Origin: a virus
Length of the DNA: 5,120 bases
Virus genome (UHGV): UHGV-0413291
Direction: 5' to 3' (one strand)
The notes under the pieces: generated by a model
The model's input: the letters and a program-made list of their open reading frames with translations, nothing else
Database searches by the model: none
What the model was told of the DNA's origin: nothing
Program-made: the position numbers and the translations under genes
Part shown: positions 1 through 5,120 of the stretch, piece after piece
How the letters are laid out: each line of letters begins with the position of its first letter
How positions within the stretch are numbered: position 1 is the stretch's first letter

Positions 1-86
1 TTTGCCTTTGTTGGTCGTTTTATTGGGTTGTATATACTTGGTATTACGTCTAGTCAAAGCTATTATTAATCTGTTTCGTAATAATC

Positions 87-383
87 ATGGAAAAGAGAAG
101 TTATAGGTATGTGGCCAGAGAGCCACAGAGTAGAGTCTCTGATACTCTACCCAATCAGACTGTAGATTTAAAGATCCTTGTCAAGCAGTTAATGGACGGT
201 CAGGCTCTTAATGTTGGATTGTCTTTGTCAGTTGATGGTTCGGATACATTGGATACCCCCGATATATCTAAGCTTGATATTAGGCATATGACAGTTTCAG
301 ATGTGGATAATCTGTTAGCTAAGGTTCAGCCGGTGCAGGTTGATGCGCCAGCTGATAGTGGTACGGCTCCCGTAGCCGATTGA
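87..383 (+). CDS. Hypothetical acidic protein (98 aa), possibly an internal scaffolding-like or accessory virion protein
   Basis: Complete ORF with an in-frame stop upstream at 51-53. Asp/Ser/Thr-rich acidic composition. Same strand and T-rich third-position codon style as the recognisable microvirus genes. Its TGA stop overlaps the ori-like motif. No recognisable family motif. Confidence 0.4.
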   Translation: MEKRSYRYVAREPQSRVSDTLPNQTVDLKILVKQLMDGQALNVGLSLSVDGSDTLDTPDISKLDIRHMTVSDVDNLLAKVQPVQVDAPADSGTAPVAD

Positions 384-390
384 TATTAAT
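380..390 (+). promoter_or_regulatory. Candidate rolling-circle origin nick-site motif, TTG^ATATTAAT, matching the phiX174 ori core
   Basis: 11 contiguous nt identical to the core of the phiX174 gene-A origin, CAACTTG^ATATTAATAAC. Sits at the boundary of the longest intergenic region, immediately upstream of a GC-rich hairpin and about 300 nt upstream of the Rep (VP4) gene. Confidence 0.35.
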
Positions 391-413
391 GGGTGTGGGG
401 GCTGAAGGCTTGT

Positions 414-452
414 CCATTGCCCCCCTCACCTCTTTTGAGGTGGGGGCAATGG
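414..452. repeat. GC-rich imperfect inverted repeat forming a hairpin
   Basis: Stem ccattgcccccctcacctc (414-432), loop tttt (433-436), stem gaggtgggggcaatgg (437-452), with one 3-nt bulge. Flanked by a G-tract at 391-400. A c(UUCG)g mini-hairpin at 467-477 and a C-tract at 478-491 follow. The surrounding genome is otherwise AT-rich. Confidence 0.6.
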
Positions 453-512
453 CATTTGCCGAATAAGTCCTTCGGACCGCCCCCCCGCCCGTTAATAATC
501 ACGAGAGAGCAG

Positions 513-543
513 GGCGATTACTATTACTTGACATGTAATCGCC
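513..543. promoter_or_regulatory. Perfect 9-bp inverted repeat enclosing a TTGACA hexamer; possible operator, promoter element or complementary-strand priming hairpin
   Basis: Stem ggcgattac (513-521) and gtaatcgcc (535-543) are exact reverse complements. The 13-nt loop tattacttgacat contains TTGACA at 528-533. No convincing sigma70 -10 element at 17-18 nt spacing. Confidence 0.35.
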
Positions 544-598
544 AAGTGACACCACTATACAGATACATTGTGGTGTTGTCTCTCTAAATAATTTGTAG

Positions 599-606
599 TA
601 CATTTG
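599..606 (+). promoter_or_regulatory. TAcaTTTG, a match to the Bacteroidetes sigmaA -7 consensus TAnnTTTG, about 80 nt upstream of the VP4 start
   Basis: Exact match to the TAnnTTTG pattern. The gene starts in the window lack Shine-Dalgarno sequences, which fits Bacteroidetes-style expression. Single motif, so weak. Confidence 0.3.
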
Positions 607-684
607 TGCCGTAAGCAGGTAACTCTTGATTATTAAGATTGTAAAAGCCTGCTTTTGGACTAAACGTATAACTCATTTTAGTAA

Positions 685-1623
685 ATGCTATGTGTTAATC
701 AAATACAAGTCTTGAATCCAAAGACGGGTAAATTTATTAAAGTGCCTTGTGGTACTTGTTACGCTTGTCAAAGCAATAAACGATCGTCTTGGATGTTTCG
801 TAATACAGTCGAACTACAGTACTCTGAATCTGCGTTCTTCTGTACTCTTACGTACAATGATACAGCCTTGTTAGGTCTTCCGTATCACGCTTCTTCTCAA
901 TTGCGTATGCCCTTGAAGTTCCATTATCAGCGCTGGTTTAAGCGCCTGCGTAAGGCGTTAGAACCTGCCAAAGTTCGGTATTTCTTGTGTCATGAGTATG
1001 GCGATGTGTCTCTGAGACCTCATTATCATGTTATACTCTATCTAGATCGGTTTATGTCTCTACAAGAGATGAGGTCACTAATATCTGATACTTGGATTTA
1101 TGGTAATATTCAATGTGATTATGTAACTCCAGCTCGGGTTCACTACCTCACTAAATATGTTACTAAGCAGTTCCGTAATGTCAAGGTTTCTGGTTGCTCA
1201 GTTGATTATATCTTTAATCATGTGTGGGAAAATAGAGCTCTTCAGCATCGTTATATAGTCGAATTCTACCTCAAAAAGTTCTCATTTGTGGTAGCAAGTA
1301 AAGGCTTAGGTTGTCAGCTCCTGCGGGAGCCTGCTTTTATCCGTTGGTTTTGGGATCACCTCGAACCAGGTGAGTCCTATCCTACTTATGCTATCGGAGG
1401 TCACTCTTATACGCTACCGCGTATTTACCTTAAGAAGCTTGTTCCAGATATCTGGCGTGAAGCTATTGCCCCCGATATATCGCCTGAGGCTAAATCAGCC
1501 CGTATATCTGAACTCGCGTCTGACGCTAATTTAACTACTAAACAGTATGTAGAAAATGCGCGCTACATACAAGACCGTATGTCTAAATCTATCCGCGCTA
1601 ATAACAAAAAATCCCCTTTGTAA
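685..1623 (+). CDS. VP4: Microviridae replication initiation protein (VP4/Rep; HUH rolling-circle endonuclease)
   Basis: N-terminal Cys cluster PCGTCYACQ as in gokushovirus VP4. RCR motif 1 FFCTLTY (about nt 835-855). Motif 2 HUH HYHVILY (1021-1041). Motif 3 YLTKYVTK with catalytic Tyr and Lys (1144-1167). Length of 312 aa is typical for VP4. Confidence 0.9.
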   Translation: MLCVNQIQVLNPKTGKFIKVPCGTCYACQSNKRSSWMFRNTVELQYSESAFFCTLTYNDTALLGLPYHASSQLRMPLKFHYQRWFKRLRKALEPAKVRYFLCHEYGDVSLRPHYHVILYLDRFMSLQEMRSLISDTWIYGNIQCDYVTPARVHYLTKYVTKQFRNVKVSGCSVDYIFNHVWENRALQHRYIVEFYLKKFSFVVASKGLGCQLLREPAFIRWFWDHLEPGESYPTYAIGGHSYTLPRIYLKKLVPDIWREAIAPDISPEAKSARISELASDANLTTKQYVENARYIQDRMSKSIRANNKKSPL

Positions 1624-1624
1624 T

Positions 1625-1753
1625 ATGAAACTACCTAGTCGAAAGCTTGGTTTCTTCGCTCGGTTGCGTAAGTATCGCATCCCGATTATACTGCTACTTG
1701 TTGCAGCAGTTGTAGTATGTGTTGCCTTTGGTTGGTCTGTAATCTTAATTTAG
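1625..1753 (+). CDS. Small single-pass membrane peptide (42 aa): basic N-terminus plus one C-terminal transmembrane helix; candidate lysis or membrane accessory protein
   Basis: ATG lies 1 nt after the VP4 stop. Sequence is MKLPSRKLGFFARLRKYR followed by the hydrophobic stretch IPIILLLVAAVVVCVAFGWSVILI. It is not embedded in another gene. The tracked ORF extends upstream to 1556 in the same frame, but that portion overlaps VP4. Confidence 0.4.
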   Translation: MKLPSRKLGFFARLRKYRIPIILLLVAAVVVCVAFGWSVILI

Positions 1754-1759
1754 TTTGCT

Positions 1760-2161
1760 ATGAATAATACATGTAAGTATAGGAATAATCCGTTTAATAT
1801 ACGGTATGATGTTTCCAATAATTGGCAAGGTCAAACAGAGCCTAAGAATGGCTTTTGTCAGTTCTCGGAAATGAAGTACGGTGTTCGTGCTGCTTTTATC
1901 CTTGTGTATAATTATCGTAATTTGCACGATGCAAAGACTCCTCGTGATATAATACGGTATTGGGCACCAAAGGAAGATGGTAATGATACTGCTGCTTATA
2001 TATCTTTTGTTGCTCAACTGATTAATGAGGATGAGCCAATAGATACTACTCTCGAGTATGTTGTTCTGCTTTATTCGATGTGGAAAGTTGAACAAGGATG
2101 GGTTCCCACTCTATGGGAATTTGCTCGCTTACTGAATTACTCACTAATAGAAGATTTGTAA
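1760..2161 (+). CDS. Hypothetical protein (133 aa) of unknown function, in the position occupied by small accessory proteins (VP5-like) in gokushovirus-type genomes
   Basis: Complete ORF 6 nt after the previous stop; its own stop lies 1 nt before the VP1 ATG. N-terminal motif NNPFNIR...W.G, then F..F.....GVRAA and YWAP..DGNDT. These feel like a conserved phage family, but I cannot name it with confidence. Confidence 0.6.
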   Translation: MNNTCKYRNNPFNIRYDVSNNWQGQTEPKNGFCQFSEMKYGVRAAFILVYNYRNLHDAKTPRDIIRYWAPKEDGNDTAAYISFVAQLINEDEPIDTTLEYVVLLYSMWKVEQGWVPTLWEFARLLNYSLIEDL

Positions 2162-2162
2162 T

Positions 2163-4082
2163 ATGCCAAATCTAACTAAGTATTCGCTGGATCACGAAGT
2201 AAGATCTAGCTTTGAGATGGGTCAATTAATCCCATTTCTCTGCCAGGAGGTTGTACCTGGTGATAAATATCGTGTACAGTCTAGCACTCTTGTGCGTCTT
2301 CAGCCTATGTTATCCCCGCTGATGCATAGACTTGATTACTTCCAGAGGTACTATTATGTGCCTTATCGTCTGTTGATACCTAATTATGAGCAGATACTAA
2401 CTGATCCTGATAGCGGTCAGATTGTTCCAAGTATGGATAAGTATCTACAGTATAGTGCTAAGACCTTTAAAGATCTTTTCTTGGAGAAACCATTGCTAGA
2501 GTATTTCGGTTTAGCTACTTCTAATGATGATTCTAATCCTGCTAATGCGCTTAAGGATCTTAATGCTACTCCCCTACTCGCTTATTACCTTATATATAAT
2601 CACTACTATATGAGGTCGGATCTTGATGAACGTTATATTGATCAGTTGCGCCCCGAAAATTTTAGTAGTGCTTCTCTGCGCAAATACATTGGTAATGTGA
2701 TGTACGTTAATGAGGGACTTGATTACTTTACTAGCGCACATACCTCTACGCAGTACGGCAATATGGTTCAGTTGGATATGGATGGTAATAATACTATTAC
2801 TGTTCCCGAAATGCGTCTCGCTGAGCGTTTGCAGTCTTTCCGTGAGCGCCTTTTGCGTGTTGGTGGTAAGTATGCTAATTATATTAAGGAGTTTTTCGGT
2901 GTTGAGCCGCTTGACGCTCGTGTACAGATACCTAAGTATCTCGGTGGTGATAGTTACGTTCTTAATGTTTCAGATGTTGACCAGACAGCTCCTTCTGAAC
3001 TTGGTTCAGTTGGTGAAAGTTATGGTAAATCTGTGTCTGTTAATCGTACCGGTCAGATTGAGTATGACGTTTACGAACATGGCTTGATTATTGGTTTGCA
3101 TTTTGTTCGTCCGCGTCCGTCAAATATCGGTGGTTGTCCTAAGATGTTTACTAGACGTACTTACTTTGATTTCTTTAATCCTCATTTTTCGGCTCTTGGA
3201 TATCAAGAAATAGAGGGTCGTGAACTTGATGTTGCACGCTCGAAAGATGAAGCTTTCGGATATGTACCTCGTTATGATGATTATCGTTTTGCTAATGATA
3301 TAGTATCTGGAGACTTTAGACGTTCGCTTGATTATTGGCATCTTTCTAGAGATATAAGTCAGGAGAAGTTATCCGTTGATTTTGTTACTTGTCATCCTGA
3401 TACTCGTATATTTTCTTTTACTGGTGATGCTCCTTTGTATCTTTATAAGTTTAGTGGCTCTGCTACAAATATTCGAACTGTTACAGGTACTATCCTTGAA
3501 CCTTTTAGAACTATTACTGGTTATGTTTGGGCTCCAGATGGTTTTTCTCCGAAAGGTGGCTTGTATAAAGCTCATGTTAAGTTAGGATATGATGTTGATA
3601 AAGATCCGCTTACTTATGATTTGTCTATAGTGGTTGTTGAAAAGATGTCTGATGATCTTTTGGCTCGTCCGTCTATATCTAGTACTAGTTCTAATATTAG
3701 TATAGGAGATTTATCCTTTACTGGTTCATATCTTTCTAGAGTTAAAGATTTATCTACTTCTGGTTCTTTTCTTATAGATTCTTCTTCTGATCTTGTTTTT
3801 CAGCGTGTTGTTGATCGTAAACCTTTAGATGGAGAATATCGTTTATCAGAGATTTCATATCTTACTCGAGATAATTTGGTTTATCCTTTCTTTGTTGATG
3901 TTGCTTCTAGTTCTATATCTGATGTTACTCGTCATACTTTTGCGTTTCCAGGTTGGAACTACGTTCGTACTCTGGCACGTGTTGTAGATAAGCCGGTAGA
4001 TAATCACGTATTGTCAGTTACCTACAATAATGTCGATGTGCTTCGTCCTCTAGCTCGCTATGATGGTAATGTATTAAGATAA
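2163..4082 (+). CDS. VP1: Microviridae major capsid protein (VP1/F-like), 639 aa
   Basis: N-terminus SSFEMGQLIPFLCQEVVPGDKYRV...LSPLMHRLDYFQRYYYVPYRLL aligns with the gokushovirus VP1 / phiX F N-terminal consensus (S.FD....L.PI.C.EVLPGDTF...PL.MDN..LD..FFFVP.RL). Central motif RLAERLQSFRERLLRVGGKYANYIKEFFGVEPLDARVQIPKYLGG matches the conserved R.A.ALQ...ER.AR.GSRY.E.L..HFGV...D.RLQRPEYLGG block. Confidence 0.92.
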   Translation: MPNLTKYSLDHEVRSSFEMGQLIPFLCQEVVPGDKYRVQSSTLVRLQPMLSPLMHRLDYFQRYYYVPYRLLIPNYEQILTDPDSGQIVPSMDKYLQYSAKTFKDLFLEKPLLEYFGLATSNDDSNPANALKDLNATPLLAYYLIYNHYYMRSDLDERYIDQLRPENFSSASLRKYIGNVMYVNEGLDYFTSAHTSTQYGNMVQLDMDGNNTITVPEMRLAERLQSFRERLLRVGGKYANYIKEFFGVEPLDARVQIPKYLGGDSYVLNVSDVDQTAPSELGSVGESYGKSVSVNRTGQIEYDVYEHGLIIGLHFVRPRPSNIGGCPKMFTRRTYFDFFNPHFSALGYQEIEGRELDVARSKDEAFGYVPRYDDYRFANDIVSGDFRRSLDYWHLSRDISQEKLSVDFVTCHPDTRIFSFTGDAPLYLYKFSGSATNIRTVTGTILEPFRTITGYVWAPDGFSPKGGLYKAHVKLGYDVDKDPLTYDLSIVVVEKMSDDLLARPSISSTSSNISIGDLSFTGSYLSRVKDLSTSGSFLIDSSSDLVFQRVVDRKPLDGEYRLSEISYLTRDNLVYPFFVDVASSSISDVTRHTFAFPGWNYVRTLARVVDKPVDNHVLSVTYNNVDVLRPLARYDGNVLR

Positions 4083-4089
4083 TGATGTT

Positions 4090-5052
4090 ATGTCAGTTAT
4101 ACCCGCAATAATTGGAGCTGGTGCATCTCTACTTGGTGGTCTTATTAATAATGAGTATGCCCAATCTAAATCGGATCAGCAATGGGATAGGATGAATTAT
4201 ATGCAGGATAAGATGAACGCTTACAATTCGCCTACTGCTCAGATGGCTCGTTTGCGAGCGGCTGGATTGAATCCTAATCTTGTGTATGCTAATGGCGGTG
4301 CTGTTATACAGTCCGCTGTTGGTAATGCTCCGCAACCGCCTAATTCTGCCCCGATTGATACTCAGGGAGTGTTACAGATGGTACAGACGATTGTCGGCGC
4401 TATGCTTGAAAAGGATAAGATACAAGCTAGTAAGGATATGCAGACCGAGAAGCTTGAATCTGATGCTAAGTTGCAGACCGAGAAGCTTGAATCTGATGCT
4501 AAGTTGCAGACTGAGAAGCTTGAATCTGATTCGAAGTTGCAGGAAGAGCAGATAAAATCTAGAGAAAAGATTGAAGATGCTAACCTTAAAGAGAATACTC
4601 GTCAGTTTAATGAGACTATGAAGCAACGAATTAGTGAATTTAATGCTAGAATTAATCTTGATCGTTTGATAGGTTCTTATCAGATAAAGAAGATCAATTC
4701 TGATGTTGCGGTTAATCGTATTAGAATGAGTATCGAACAGGATCAGTTATCAATGTCTAAGGCTATGCATAAGGTTGAATTAGATTCTGCTTTGGATTCG
4801 CTTAATATGCAGAAACTGCGTTCTTTTATGTCTGTTCCTTACCATTTGGAATCTAAGGACGTTTATCTTTTTATCTCTAATGAGCTCGGTGTCTCTGAGT
4901 TTTCCAAAACTAAGGCCGAAGAGCTTACGAAGATGCATAATGATATAATTGATAGACGTATGAAAGATGCTGATTTGTCAACTATGCCGTTGTCTGTTTA
5001 TTGGGATGCTGTTATGGGTCCCGTTAAAGACTTGGTATCTATTTCGAATTAG
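4090..5052 (+). CDS. VP2: Microviridae DNA pilot / minor capsid protein (VP2/H-like), 320 aa
   Basis: Gly-rich N-terminus IIGAGASLLGGLIN followed by NSPTAQMARLRAAGLNPNLVY, the conserved VP2 signature (NSP..Q..R.K.AGLNP.L.Y). Central K/E-rich predicted coiled coil. Position immediately downstream of VP1. Confidence 0.85.
   Translation: MSVIPAIIGAGASLLGGLINNEYAQSKSDQQWDRMNYMQDKMNAYNSPTAQMARLRAAGLNPNLVYANGGAVIQSAVGNAPQPPNSAPIDTQGVLQMVQTIVGAMLEKDKIQASKDMQTEKLESDAKLQTEKLESDAKLQTEKLESDSKLQEEQIKSREKIEDANLKENTRQFNETMKQRISEFNARINLDRLIGSYQIKKINSDVAVNRIRMSIEQDQLSMSKAMHKVELDSALDSLNMQKLRSFMSVPYHLESKDVYLFISNELGVSEFSKTKAEELTKMHNDIIDRRMKDADLSTMPLSVYWDAVMGPVKDLVSISN
4441..4539 (+). repeat. Three direct tandem copies of a 33-bp unit inside VP2, encoding QTEKLESDAKL x3
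   Basis: Units 4441-4473 and 4474-4506 are 100% identical (cagaccgagaagcttgaatctgatgctaagttg). Unit 4507-4539 differs at 3 nt, giving QTEKLESDSKL. The flanking sequence continues in degenerate 11-residue register. Confidence 0.95.
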
Positions 5053-5088
5053 TTTATTATCTTTGTGCTAGAAACTAAGTTCTTTTGT

Positions 5089-5120
5089 ATGGATAAGATT
5101 TTCATTAGCATTTTATATGT
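5089..5120 (+). CDS. 5' end of a further ORF (MDKIFISILY...) running off the window; possibly the next virion gene, e.g. scaffold VP3
   Basis: ATG 37 nt after the VP2 stop, same strand, open to the window end. Only 10 codons are visible, so the call rests on position alone. Confidence 0.2.
   Translation, partial: MDKIFISILY

Noticed and set aside
1-69. Calling a partial CDS at the 5' edge (frame 1 open 1-66, stop 67-69)
   Set aside because: Only 22 codons, no start in view, and frame 2 is equally open. Insufficient to call a gene; mentioned only as a window-edge effect.
414-452. GC-rich hairpin as a rho-independent terminator for the 87-383 gene
   Set aside because: No T-run follows the 3' arm (the sequence continues catttgccgaat). 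Its loop is TTTT but the tail is not U-rich. Better explained as a structural element of the ssDNA genome.
528-562. Sigma70-type promoter using TTGACA (528-533)
   Set aside because: No acceptable -10 hexamer at 16-19 nt spacing (accact/ccacta). The nearest TATAca is 22 nt away.
393-587. 64-aa ORF (MWGLKACPLPPSPLL...) in the intergenic region
   Set aside because: Pro/Gly/Trp-rich translation of the G-tract, hairpin and C-tract element. No start context. It overlaps structured non-coding DNA, so it is almost certainly spurious.
1556-1624. Upstream in-frame extension of the small TM ORF to the ATG at 1556
   Set aside because: It would overlap the last 23 codons of VP4 in another frame. The ATG at 1625, directly after the VP4 stop, is the more parsimonious start. 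The upstream start is not excluded.
1745-2095. Minus-strand ORFs (1745-2095, 3120-3341, 3369-3575, 4129-4335, 4372-4626)
   Set aside because: All are antisense to confidently identified microvirus genes and have low-complexity composition. The one at 4372-4626 is simply the mirror image of the VP2 33-bp repeats. Microviruses transcribe a single strand.
2710-3087. Highly hydrophobic 125-aa ORF nested in VP1 in an alternative frame (and a similar one at 3376-3585)
   Set aside because: The genome has T-rich third codon positions. A frame shift moves those T's to second positions and automatically yields Leu/Ile/Val/Phe-rich pseudo-TM proteins. phiX E arose this way, so the possibility is not zero, but there is no independent support.

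Overview
The window reads as most of a small ssDNA phage genome of the family Microviridae, with a Gokushovirinae-like or gut 'unclassified microvirus' architecture. All genes are on the + strand and tightly packed with 1-8 nt spacers. In order they are: a 98-aa acidic protein (87-383); a 300-nt structured, GC-rich intergenic region (384-684); the rolling-circle replication initiator VP4 (685-1623) with its three HUH-superfamily motifs; a 42-aa single-pass membrane peptide (1625-1753); a 133-aa protein of unknown function (1760-2161); the major capsid protein VP1 (2163-4082, 639 aa); and the DNA pilot/minor capsid protein VP2 (4090-5052). VP2 contains a perfect 33-bp tandem repeat encoding 11-residue coiled-coil units. 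A further ORF starts at 5089 and runs off the window. The points most worth follow-up are a phiX174-origin-like TTGATATTAAT motif at the head of the structured intergenic region, the repeat expansion in the VP2 coiled coil, the small membrane peptide as a candidate lysis gene, a Ser-rich C-terminal extension of VP1, and the uncharacterised 133-aa protein. No start codon is preceded by a Shine-Dalgarno sequence, and a TAnnTTTG motif lies upstream of VP4, so I infer a Bacteroidetes host; this is inference only. No tRNA, rRNA, CRISPR or integrase genes were seen.
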